Source of the DNA: Candidatus Parcubacteria bacterium
Lineage (GTDB): Bacteria > Patescibacteriota > Minisyncoccia > Phycocordibacterales > UBA918
NCBI GenBank assembly: GCA_009995385.1
Contig: JAACPT010000002.1
Location: 759 to 64,758 of the forward strand
Direction: 5' to 3'
DNA: 64,000 bases
Made by a program: the position numbers and the translations under genes. Below, piece after piece: positions 44,437-53,834 of the stretch (its first letter is position 1; the number at the start of each line of letters is the position of its first letter). Under the pieces are notes generated by a model that ran no database searches, had not been told where the DNA came from, and saw nothing but the letters and a program-made list of their open reading frames with translations.

Positions 44437-45006
44437 CTAATTATTTCCACTGGTTTCGTAGAAATCCCACACTGCACCAAGCGTGGTCCACAAGGAACTC
44501 GAAACTTCCACTGCCGTTCCACAAGAATCAACACTATATGTTACTCCATTAAGGGTAATTTCATATTTTACGTCAATTCCATCAGTGTACGAATTACAAA
44601 AAGAGGGAGTAATTTGTTTTGATTGCACCAAAAGTGCCTCGGAAGTAACTGCTTTCCGTAGGCGCAACTGTAGCTCTCGTGAAAGTGTACCTTTACGGAT
44701 GACTTGTTCGGCTTCAGCTGCTGGCGTATAGAGGTAGCGGTACGAACCATCATCTTGAATCTGAAATGAGGGGCACATATTACGACAGCCGCCGTACACG
44801 TCTGCGACAATTACAAATTCTGATACCGTCTCGACATCAGGAGTCTTAATTTTTGAGACAAGACCAGCAAAGTTGGTAAGGTACAAATACCCACCCACCA
44901 AAAACCCCACCGAGAAGGTGATCAAAATACTCAACTGATCCGCTTTTTTCACCTCGTCATTATAGCGCACCGAGCAAGTATTAAAAGCAAAAAAATCATT
45001 GGTCAT
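44437..45006 (-). CDS. Hypothetical single-pass membrane protein.
   Basis: TM segment 'LSILITFSVGFLVGGYLYL'. Confidence 0.4.
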   Translation of the reverse strand: MTNDFFAFNTCSVRYNDEVKKADQLSILITFSVGFLVGGYLYLTNFAGLVSKIKTPDVETVSEFVIVADVYGGCRNMCPSFQIQDDGSYRYLYTPAAEAEQVIRKGTLSRELQLRLRKAVTSEALLVQSKQITPSFCNSYTDGIDVKYEITLNGVTYSVDSCGTAVEVSSSLWTTLGAVWDFYETSGNN

Positions 45007-45082
45007 TCCTTGCTGGGATGGGCAATTTCTACCCATCCTTAAGATAGAAGTAAACTTTTAATACCTCATATCAAATTGATAT

Positions 45083-45385
45083 TTACTCATAGCTCACCAT
45101 GCTACACGGCGGAAAATTATTGCGATAATTTAGCCGAAGCTCTGAAAGTAAACCAAGAAAAGGGAGCATCGGCACAAAAAGAAGCATGAATGCAGTTATG
45201 TACCGTAGCACCGAATGTATTGTGCAAATCTCACTATGAGGAAGAATTGTGATTGCTGGAACAAAAATCAGATAATAGATAAGCATTGTGATAGGCGCAT
45301 AGACAAGAATAGCGAGTATGTTTTCTTGCACATAGACTTTTTCTATATAGGTACCAAATAGCACAACAAGCATTGATAAACTCAT
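45083..45385 (-). CDS. Small hydrophobic hypothetical protein, possibly a remnant.
   Basis: Overlaps an ORF in another frame (45234..45476), so it may be a pseudogene. Confidence 0.25.
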   Translation of the reverse strand: MSLSMLVVLFGTYIEKVYVQENILAILVYAPITMLIYYLIFVPAITILPHSEICTIHSVLRYITAFMLLFVPMLPFLGLLSELRLNYRNNFPPCSMVSYE

Positions 45386-46123
45386 GTTTTCTAAGTAGCT
45401 GTAGGCGAGCGCTGAGATACATAGTATCGTCTCGGTGGTAACACCGACCGTTGATACAAAATAGCCATCCGACCAAAGACTGTCGGTTACCCCAATAGTA
45501 TTGTTTGAGCTCGGGAAATTGCCTGTTTGATGTTTCGGACGGTGTTGGTTTTAACGAGGCGAACCACTTCGCCTACAGATTTTTGTGATGGGGTAGAGAT
45601 TAAGATATGAATATAATCTTTGTCACAATTCGGCTTTTTGCTATATAGATGGTGAGATAGTGTTTGGTGACTTCAAGTAATTTACCGTAGAGGTATTTCC
45701 AGATCTGGTCAGTGATGACTGGATGTCGTTATTTGGTTGGACACACTAAGTGGCAATCAACAAAGATAGATGCTTGACTGGCACGACGACACTCGGTAAG
45801 TTTAGTCATCTCATTATGGTATCAGAGAGACGGTGAAACTAATACTGGAACTCCCTTCATCCCTGACTTTACGAGACGGGGTGTTAGTGGAAAATAAATC
45901 CCACACATCCCATCTGACCCCTCTACCAACACAAAATCATTCAAGGTAAAATTAGAATCCGTCCAGCAGAAAAATCACTTTCGTCCTGCCAGTCTTATTT
46001 TTGATTAGCATTATTTTTCTCTCAAAGTTTTTTAAACTTTGTTGGATAAACGCAGTCGACTATCGAAATCTCATTTTAAAGTACTAACCAAAAGGCTTTC
46101 CTAAAAAGCGCTCTGTCTTGTAT

Positions 46124-46211
46124 TGGCGGAAGAGACAGGATTCGAACCTGCGAGAGGTTTCCCCCTACACGCTTTCCAAGCGTGCGCCTTCGACCACTCG
46201 GCCACTCTTCC
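46124..46211 (-). tRNA. tRNA-Ser (anticodon GGA) with a long variable arm and an encoded CCA.
   Basis: Reverse complement: GGAAGAGTGGCCGAGTGGTCGAAGGCGCACGCTTGGAAAGCGTGTAGGGGGAAACCTCTCGCAGGTTCGAATCCTGTCTCTTCCGCCA. The anticodon loop is TTGGAAA and the T-loop is GGTTCGAATCC. Confidence 0.85.
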
Positions 46212-46276
46212 CTATATTATTTTAATAGACGATTTTCGTCACGACTACCACCACCATTCGTAAATGTACCATGCTT

Positions 46277-47296
46277 TTATAGCATATCTTTTCTTCCAAT
46301 AACATCTTCTAGCAGTACCAAACTGCGCCACAATGGTCGAATCAATGAGAAGGCATAGTCTCTTATATTCTCAGGTTTGGTCGAACTAGTGCTAAAACCA
46401 ACCTTAATTGAAGACTCAGGTAAGAGCATATAAAATTTATTCGCTTTGATAGCAATCCGCATATTTAATTTATGTTCAAGCCACCAAGTATATAAGTCGT
46501 GCATGAATTCTGGTGTCAAAATCTCCCGTGCGGCTACCGGATCGATGGTTGCAACATGGAGCTTGTCTTCAAAATCATTCCACTCTAGTATGGTTTCTTT
46601 TATCAAGTTGCGTCCCAAAATGTCAGACCAAAATGTCCGATGAGCAAACCCCACCCGGTCGCTGTCAGTTGAGATGTACGTCTCTGCTGGATGCATAAAC
46701 GGCAATGTGGCGACAATAAATACTCCCTTAAAAAGTTCAATATTTTCTCCTTTGCTACTTCGACTAGATTGACTTTTGGTAGTAACAATGAGTTCTCGCA
46801 TTGAAAGTTCTGCCTCACCAAAGGCAGTGAGCATATCATCCGCAGTGACTTCAATATCTTCTACGGTCATAAGTAAAGAGTCTTTGAGTAGCGCAATCGT
46901 TTCATCCCGGTGGAAAATATTGTAGGTATACATCACTGTGCGATCAAGTGTCGAGGAAATAACTGGCATTAGCGCCATATTAATTTCTTTAGTAAGTAGC
47001 TGACTATCAGTAAACCAACGACGTGCAGACACCAGCACCACTAACAACCAAAGGATGGCACAGACGATAAAGATATTACGTACTACTTCTGATTTTCCGG
47101 CATCAATAAAGTAGAGTGAAAAAAGCACTGCAACTGCAAATGCGCCCGCTACCAAGGCGTAGCGTCGACTTCCCAGCACTGCCTCTCTTCGAACGTGCGT
47201 AGAAGAGATAAAATCACCATAACTGGTAAGTAAAACTGCATCAAATCGTTGTTTGAGTGCTTCCGTATCGGGAATTTTTTGTTTGAGTCGACTCAT
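46277..47296 (-). CDS. Hypothetical membrane protein (DUF3137-like?).
   Basis: Two TM segments near the N-terminus; no recognisable catalytic motif. Confidence 0.5.
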   Translation of the reverse strand: MSRLKQKIPDTEALKQRFDAVLLTSYGDFISSTHVRREAVLGSRRYALVAGAFAVAVLFSLYFIDAGKSEVVRNIFIVCAILWLLVVLVSARRWFTDSQLLTKEINMALMPVISSTLDRTVMYTYNIFHRDETIALLKDSLLMTVEDIEVTADDMLTAFGEAELSMRELIVTTKSQSSRSSKGENIELFKGVFIVATLPFMHPAETYISTDSDRVGFAHRTFWSDILGRNLIKETILEWNDFEDKLHVATIDPVAAREILTPEFMHDLYTWWLEHKLNMRIAIKANKFYMLLPESSIKVGFSTSSTKPENIRDYAFSLIRPLWRSLVLLEDVIGRKDML

Positions 47297-47304
47297 GACT
47301 ACTT

Positions 47305-48195
47305 TTACATTTCACGCAGACGTCGAATGCGGTCTGAAGCTAGTGGATGGGTTTGAAATAATCCACTAATCTTTTGACCAATACCCTGCTTCCCAGTTTG
47401 AAGTGGATCAGAGATGAATAAATGAGCGGTAGCGTGTGAAGCGTGACGCATTGGCTGTGCATGGGCACTTATCTTTTCAAGAGCTGAAGCTAATCCTTCT
47501 GGGTAGCGAGTAAGGAGAGCACCGGTGGCATCAGCTAGATATTCACGCTTACGTGAAATAGCGAGTTGGATGAGTTTGGCAGCGATTGGTGCCAAAATGA
47601 TACCGACTATACCGATAATTAAAAAAGCTGGATGGCGATCGCGATTGTTTCCACCGCCAAATAACAATGATCGAGTAAAAAAATCAGCGATGATAGCGAC
47701 AAAACCAGCCAAGACGACCGCGACTGTCATGACGAGCATATCGCGATTTCCTACATGAGAAAGTTCATGCGCCATAACCCCTTCGAGTTCAGTACGATTA
47801 AGGATTTGCAGTAATCCTGTGGTAGCAGCAACAACTGCATGTTCAGGATCTCTCCCCGTTGCAAACGCATTTGGTGAAGGGTCATCTACAATATAGACTC
47901 TTGGCATCGGTAGCCCTGCAGTAATTGAAAGGTTTTCTATAATATTGTACAACTCTGGAGCTTCAGCTTTTGTCGCCGGTTTGGCATTCGTCATCTTGAG
48001 TACTAGCTTGTCTGAATACCAGTAGCTACCAACACTGGTAAATATCGCGACAAAGGCACCTATGTACAGAATGAACGGGTTGCCCATATACCATGCCACG
48101 GCGTAGCTGATAGCAATGACTAGCACCAAAAACGTACCCATAAGCGCGATGGTCTTTGTCACATTACTTGATTGTTGCGTATAGAGCGTTGCCAT
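47305..48195 (-). CDS. htpX: HtpX-type M48 zinc metalloprotease.
   Basis: 'HELSHVGNRD' (HExxH) motif and four TM segments. Confidence 0.9.
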   Translation of the reverse strand: MATLYTQQSSNVTKTIALMGTFLVLVIAISYAVAWYMGNPFILYIGAFVAIFTSVGSYWYSDKLVLKMTNAKPATKAEAPELYNIIENLSITAGLPMPRVYIVDDPSPNAFATGRDPEHAVVAATTGLLQILNRTELEGVMAHELSHVGNRDMLVMTVAVVLAGFVAIIADFFTRSLLFGGGNNRDRHPAFLIIGIVGIILAPIAAKLIQLAISRKREYLADATGALLTRYPEGLASALEKISAHAQPMRHASHATAHLFISDPLQTGKQGIGQKISGLFQTHPLASDRIRRLREM

Positions 48196-48226
48196 ATATA
48201 TATTTTCTTTACACCGTTATTACGAT

Positions 48227-48616
48227 TTAGAGCGGAATTCCTTGCACACTTTCATTTGAACGGTACTCAACATCAGCCGACCAATTAAGAAAATACCCAT
48301 GCTTGTAACTACCCTTTTTTATCAAATTGTCTTTACGAAACTCAATTAGTTCTTCTTTACTTATTTCGAGCTGGCGGATAAGCGTCTCTAGCACCACCAT
48401 CAAGTCACTATATTCTTCCAAGAACTCTTCCTTACTACGGCTCATCGAGAGAGAAGCTGCTTCTTCTTTAATCTTTTTAAAGAGTTCTTGTTGCAATTCT
48501 TGCACGTCAGTAATTTTGCGGTAGTCGCACTGCTGGTGTTTGGCTTCAATTTTGGCTGGTACATTGTCACGCACCAACTTGTTGTAGTACACACGATTAA
48601 TCTCAGACATGGACAT
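48227..48616 (-). CDS. MazG-like nucleotide pyrophosphohydrolase-fold protein (tentative).
   Basis: 'EEYSDLMVVLETL' resembles the MazG EExxD motif. Confidence 0.35.
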   Translation of the reverse strand: MSMSEINRVYYNKLVRDNVPAKIEAKHQQCDYRKITDVQELQQELFKKIKEEAASLSMSRSKEEFLEEYSDLMVVLETLIRQLEISKEELIEFRKDNLIKKGSYKHGYFLNWSADVEYRSNESVQGIPL

Positions 48617-48643
48617 AATAATACTATGAGTTGGGCAAGAAAC

Positions 48644-50359
48644 CTACCAAGATCCCCCACCTCCTCCCCCCCCACCGCCACCTGAGTGACCACCACCACT
48701 CGAGCTGGAAGCGCCCGAAGATTTTGCTAAGGCGGTTGAAAAAGCACCAATACTGTTAGTCAGAGCAACGGCATTAAATCCACTTCCAGAAGCTGAATTA
48801 TACCAATTTGGTTGCTCAATCTGGATATCTTTGAATACATGGGACCATTCTTTTTCTACACCAAACGCGATAGCATACGGCAAATATTCCATAAACTGCT
48901 TCGGACTCAGTGCTGGTGCGTTATGAAACATATAGCGTCCTTTTTCCGTGACGGAGAGATAATCTTTGAATCCTTTAAGGTAATTGAAAGCTTCGTACCC
49001 TTTCTCCGTGCGTCGCTCAAAACTAGCAACGAGAAGTACCATCGCTGTTATCCAAATACAAATATTAAATATGGTACCAAACGGTGACAGTGACAAAAAA
49101 TGAGGACTAGTAATAATGAGTGCGGTAGCCAGAAATACTCTGGCAGCGCGCCCAATTACTTGCTCCAATAACCCTTGCTTAACCAACTCAGCAACCACTG
49201 ACTTTCGTAGTGCCTGAATAGTCGCCATATTTTTACGAAGCTGTGACTGATCAGATTTTATATCAGATATCTTTTTAGTTACCCCAACTCCCGTGATCGG
49301 GTTAAAAATCAATGTAAGTACCTGCCTTTGGAACTTAGTCTCAATCTGATCTAAAGGACGTAGCAACGTTACTTCATAATCAGTCACACCAAACAACCAC
49401 CCTACTTTGTGAGTGGTCTGTCTTATCGAAATGAATCCCTGTTGTGCTGAGTACACAATTGCGGCAGTAATATCACGAGCATCTAACCGATTATCAAAAA
49501 GAACACCAGTGAACATCGGTTTGAAATCCGGTAACGGTTCATACTGCGGAATAATGGTACGAGAAGGTCTAAACGCCACTCGCCAGCGGTAAATCCACAA
49601 ACAAAGAAATGTAAACCACGCAAAAAACCCGATCAGCCCCAACCAGGCGTGATTAGTTTTTTCTAGAATAGGCGGTGCTACCGCAAGTTCCAGTGACTGT
49701 GCGATGGTTAAATTGTATCCAGGAAATATGTTTTTTTCACTAAATAAGACGGCAGTATTTTTTGGTTCAATAGAATCGCAACGTTCAGAAGAACCCTGCG
49801 GACCTGCGTAGCAATATTGATCCGACAGCAACTGTACTCCTGCTGCTACGCTAACTTTAGCAGAGGCTGCTTCTATAGTCGTAGGCCAATCATCACCAGT
49901 CACATTCCAGTACAATTCTACTGTCTCGGGGTACTCAGCTAGTCCGCCTTTGACCGCATACACAATCTGGTAAATGTGTGGACCGGTAATCTGTTTATTA
50001 GCATCACCAACTTTGAGTGACAAACCATTATATGGTTCCGTGGTATATGGCTCAGACAAACCATCTCTCGTCACCGAAACAAGCGTAAGTTCAATATAGC
50101 GAGTCTTGTACCAGGCCGTCGATTTTTGTGGGTGCACATCTTTGACTTTACGGAAGATGCCGTGCCGAAATTCTTGCCCAAAATCATACACGATGGTTTC
50201 TGTTACCAAAAATGACCCATCATCATTAATGAGAATATCTGAATCAAAAGAACGAATGACCTCAGCTTGAGCAGACGCAAAAAGCGCCACCCAAAGGGTG
50301 GCACTCATAAGTAGCAAAACAGCAATGTTTCTTGCGGTCAGTGCTACCGAATGAAACAT
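48644..50359 (-). CDS. DUF2207 membrane protein with a Gly-rich C-terminus.
   Basis: Signal peptide, an extracellular domain, TM helices and the C-terminal tail 'SSSGGGHSGGGGGGGGGGSW'. It lies next to lemA. Confidence 0.7.
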   Translation of the reverse strand: MFHSVALTARNIAVLLLMSATLWVALFASAQAEVIRSFDSDILINDDGSFLVTETIVYDFGQEFRHGIFRKVKDVHPQKSTAWYKTRYIELTLVSVTRDGLSEPYTTEPYNGLSLKVGDANKQITGPHIYQIVYAVKGGLAEYPETVELYWNVTGDDWPTTIEAASAKVSVAAGVQLLSDQYCYAGPQGSSERCDSIEPKNTAVLFSEKNIFPGYNLTIAQSLELAVAPPILEKTNHAWLGLIGFFAWFTFLCLWIYRWRVAFRPSRTIIPQYEPLPDFKPMFTGVLFDNRLDARDITAAIVYSAQQGFISIRQTTHKVGWLFGVTDYEVTLLRPLDQIETKFQRQVLTLIFNPITGVGVTKKISDIKSDQSQLRKNMATIQALRKSVVAELVKQGLLEQVIGRAARVFLATALIITSPHFLSLSPFGTIFNICIWITAMVLLVASFERRTEKGYEAFNYLKGFKDYLSVTEKGRYMFHNAPALSPKQFMEYLPYAIAFGVEKEWSHVFKDIQIEQPNWYNSASGSGFNAVALTNSIGAFSTALAKSSGASSSSGGGHSGGGGGGGGGGSW

Positions 50360-50369
50360 GGTCTCAAGG

Positions 50370-51026
50370 TTAGAAACTCACTTTCACGGGTTCTCGTTCC
50401 TGACTATTCTCACCAAGCTCGAAGAACTGTTCTGCTTTGAAATTGAAAGTACTTCCAATAACATTTGATGGGAATGATTGCAACGCGATATTAAGATCGC
50501 GAACATTTCCGTTATAGAAGCGGCGAGCAGCTTGAATCTTATTTTCAGTGTCAGAAAGTTCTCGCTGTAGTTCGAGGAAGTTGGTGTTAGCTTTAAGGTC
50601 AGGGTAGTTTTCAGCAATGGCGAGCAAACGTCCCAGCGCTCCCGTAAGAGCTGATTCGGCGCCTGCCATCGCAGCAATCTGGTCAGGAGTAATGTTAGCA
50701 GGATCAATGTGTGTTGCGGTCGCCTGTGCACGAGCTTGCGTCACTTGGTCGAGAGTCTCTCGTTCGTGTGCAGCGTACCCCTTGACGGTCTCAATGAGGT
50801 TTGGAATCAGGTCGTACCGACGTTTAAGTTGTACATCAATGTCCGCCCACGCTTCCTTAGCCCGTTGAGTGAGCTTCACGAAACCGTTGTACGCAGAAAT
50901 AACCCAGATAACAAGGACAATTACTAACGCCGGCAGACTAAACTCCCAAGGTGATATCCCGAGAAAACCTGTTAATAGCGAACCGATAACAATAGCGATG
51001 ATTAGGTAATTCCACGTTGCGTTCAT
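50370..51026 (-). CDS. lemA: LemA family protein.
   Basis: '...LKRRYDLIPNLIETVKGYAAHERETL...ENYPDLKAN..F..LQ.EL..TENKI..AR..YN' is the LemA family pattern. Confidence 0.9.
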   Translation of the reverse strand: MNATWNYLIIAIVIGSLLTGFLGISPWEFSLPALVIVLVIWVISAYNGFVKLTQRAKEAWADIDVQLKRRYDLIPNLIETVKGYAAHERETLDQVTQARAQATATHIDPANITPDQIAAMAGAESALTGALGRLLAIAENYPDLKANTNFLELQRELSDTENKIQAARRFYNGNVRDLNIALQSFPSNVIGSTFNFKAEQFFELGENSQEREPVKVSF

Positions 51027-51114
51027 AAGTATGAAAATTAAATATAACTATGACATTGTAGCACAAAAAAAAGCCATGTGAATGACTTTTTTTTGTGTAG
51101 TTTATGAATGTACT

Positions 51115-52770
51115 TTAATACATTCCACCACCCATTCCTCCCATGCCACCCATATCAGGCATCGACGGTTTGTCTGGTTCTGGTGCATCAGCCACGGCTG
51201 CTTCGGTAGTAAGTAAGATCGCTGCTGCTGACACCGCGTGTTGTACGCCGGCTCGAGCTACTTTAGCTGGGTCAATGATACCAACCTTAATCATGTCTTC
51301 CACCATCTCTGCCTTTGCAGCATCATACCCAGCGTTACCGCCCGCACTTTTAACTTTTTCTACAATCACGGCACCATCGTGTTTGCCCGTATTATCAACA
51401 ATTTGTTTAAGTGGTACTTCAAGCGCTTTAAGCACAATGTTGTACCCAATCATCTCTTCGCGGGCGAGATCCTTTTTTGCTAACAGCTCTTTTTCTACAA
51501 TACCTGCTGCTCGAGCTAATGCCGTACCGCCGCCTGGTACAATTCCTTCTTCAATCGCTGCTTTGGTCGCGTTAACTGCATCTTCAATTTTGAGTTTAAG
51601 GTACTTCATCTCAGATTCAGTTGCAGCACCGACTCGGATTACTGCTACACCACCGGAAAGTTTTGCAATTCGCTCTTCCAGTTTTTCCTTATCAAATTTT
51701 GAAGATGACTGTTCTAATTGTGCCTTTAATGCACTTACTCGATCAGCGATAGCAGTCTTTTCACCTGCTCCTCCAACAATAGTAGTGCTTTCTTTGGTAG
51801 CAATGACTCGATCTGCTTTACCAAGCTGTGCCAGCTCCACATTTTCAATTTTCAAACCAACTTCTTCTGAGATAACCTGACCACCAATTGTCGTCGCAAT
51901 GTCTGCTAGGATTTCTTTCTTTCGATCACCGTACCCTGGAGCTTTTACTGCCAAGACAGAGAAACCACCTTTCAGCTTATTGACCACAAACGTCGCCAAG
52001 GCTTCTCCTTCAACATCATCAGCAATAATGACAAGTTCTTTTTTGCCCGTCTGAGCAATTTTCTCAAGCAGCGGTAAAATCTCTTGGACACTTGATATTT
52101 TTTTGTCAGTGATAAGGACTTGAGCATTTTTATACTCCGCTTCCATTCGCTCGGCATTAGTCACCATGTATGGCGAAACATACCCTTTGTCAAACTGCAT
52201 CCCTTCGGTGAGTTCAGTTTCAATACCAAATGACTGTGACTCTTCTACTGTCACCACGCCATCCTTACCTACCTTGTCGATAGTCTCCGCAATCTTTTCA
52301 CCCAATTCAGCATCCTCAGCCGAAATAGTCGCCACTTGCTTTATCTCTGCAATCGAAGAAATCTTCGTCGCCATTTTCTTAAGTGTCTCAACAACATCTG
52401 TAGCAGCGTGCTCCATACCATGCCGTACTGCCATCGAATTGATGCCCATTGTGGTCTGACGAAGCCCTTCATTAACGAGCGCTTGTGTGAGCACTGTGGC
52501 GGTAGTAGTACCGTCACCCGCTAGTTCGTTGGTTTTAGTGGCAACTTCCTTGATAATTTCAGCCCCCATGTTTTCAAACTTGTCCTTGAGGGTGATTTCC
52601 TTGGCAATTGATACACCATCATTGGTTATCGTTGGACCTCCAAATCCTTTATCAAGGATGACATTACGTCCTCGTGGACCAAGCGTTACTTTCACGACAT
52701 TCGCTACGGTGTCAACTCCTCTCTGGAGTTTTTTCTTTAATTCTTCACCAAAAATTACTTCTTTTGCCAT
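51115..52770 (-). CDS. groL: Chaperonin GroEL.
   Basis: '[11 protein letters not shown]' motif and the C-terminal '[11 protein letters not shown]'. Confidence 0.97.
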   Translation of the reverse strand: MAKEVIFGEELKKKLQRGVDTVANVVKVTLGPRGRNVILDKGFGGPTITNDGVSIAKEITLKDKFENMGAEIIKEVATKTNELAGDGTTTATVLTQALVNEGLRQTTMGINSMAVRHGMEHAATDVVETLKKMATKISSIAEIKQVATISAEDAELGEKIAETIDKVGKDGVVTVEESQSFGIETELTEGMQFDKGYVSPYMVTNAERMEAEYKNAQVLITDKKISSVQEILPLLEKIAQTGKKELVIIADDVEGEALATFVVNKLKGGFSVLAVKAPGYGDRKKEILADIATTIGGQVISEEVGLKIENVELAQLGKADRVIATKESTTIVGGAGEKTAIADRVSALKAQLEQSSSKFDKEKLEERIAKLSGGVAVIRVGAATESEMKYLKLKIEDAVNATKAAIEEGIVPGGGTALARAAGIVEKELLAKKDLAREEMIGYNIVLKALEVPLKQIVDNTGKHDGAVIVEKVKSAGGNAGYDAAKAEMVEDMIKVGIIDPAKVARAGVQHAVSAAAILLTTEAAVADAPEPDKPSMPDMGGMGGMGGGMY

Positions 52771-52787
52771 ATCGTTAAGAATTTTAA

Positions 52788-53120
52788 TTACTTAGTAAAG
52801 ATTCCCAGAATACTTGCTTCAGAGACAATAAAGTACTCCTTATTTTCAAATTTGAGTTCATCAAACCCGTATTTAGAGAATACTACTCGGTCGCCAACTT
52901 TAACTTCCAAAGGAATACGTTTTTCACCATCTTCATCCCATTTACCCGGACCAGTAGCAATTACCATCCCTTGCTCAGGCTTCTCTTTTTTTGCCGTATC
53001 AGGAATGATAATTCCAGACGCTGATACGGTTCCTAACTCTTCCTCGGTAAGTGGTCGGACGATCACTCGGTCACCCAGTGGGCGAAGCGGGCTTTCGTCT
53101 TTCTTTGTATCTACTGACAT
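52788..53120 (-). CDS. groS: Co-chaperonin GroES.
   Basis: '[12 protein letters not shown]...' from the internal ATG at 53120. Confidence 0.9.
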   Translation of the reverse strand: MSVDTKKDESPLRPLGDRVIVRPLTEEELGTVSASGIIIPDTAKKEKPEQGMVIATGPGKWDEDGEKRIPLEVKVGDRVVFSKYGFDELKFENKEYFIVSEASILGIFTK

Positions 53121-53498
53121 AACAAAATAATTAAGAACTACTGCTAAAAACTCTTCATAATCTACCATTTACGACACCAAAAACAGTCTATGCAGCTCAC
53201 CGCCAGCATGTTCTCCCTAGGCAGGTAGAATCTGCTGAGAGGAGTCTGCATAAATTCAGCATAATCGCAGCTTTGCTGCTCGATGCTTCATTTAATCCCG
53301 TCGCGTCGGTATTATACCGATAGATAGATAAGTATGCAAAATAAAAGCCTCCGCCGTGAAATTCTCTCAGAGACTTTCTTTATAGGTAGACATAGACTGA
53401 AATCAATTAATCACTTCCTCTGAATCCCAATCCTTTTACCCTTACATCCTCTTTTCCTCACTTGCTTACTCCCCTTCTTTCTGCTACTATCTTCCGGC

Positions 53499-53738
53499 AT
53501 GAATATTATCGATTCGGTGCTCCCTGCACTGCCGTATATCCAGATAATCCTCTCCGTCCTCCTCGTTGCCGCAATTCTTTTGCAACAACGTGGTTCAAGT
53601 TTGGGAGGGGCATTTGGAGGTGACAACTTTAGCTCTGCATTCCATAAGCGTCGTGGTGCTGAACTCTTTTTGTTCAAGTTCTCGATCGGAATCTCTATCC
53701 TATTTGTCCTTTCGGCTTTTCTCAACATCCTTGCCTAA
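53499..53738 (+). CDS. secG: Preprotein translocase subunit SecG.
   Basis: Two TM segments and the 'LLQQRGSSLGGAFGG' motif. Confidence 0.7.
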   Translation: MNIIDSVLPALPYIQIILSVLLVAAILLQQRGSSLGGAFGGDNFSSAFHKRRGAELFLFKFSIGISILFVLSAFLNILA

Positions 53739-53834
53739 TCGGTTGGAGTGTAGGGTTTACTGATGTATACACAAAAATGACTACGGTCGTTACCTTTGTC
53801 TGTATAAACATTCGTAAATCATTCTCATTACAGC

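Noticed and set aside
51066-51101. A/T-only 12-bp inverted repeat after groEL, as a possible terminator
   Set aside because: The stem is entirely A-U pairs (cacaaaaaaaag / cttttttttgtg), so it is a weak structure. It may simply be A- and T-tracts.
51143-51880. 245-aa plus-strand ORF
   Set aside because: It is antisense to groEL, which is unmistakable; the Ala/Ser-rich translation is a shadow ORF.
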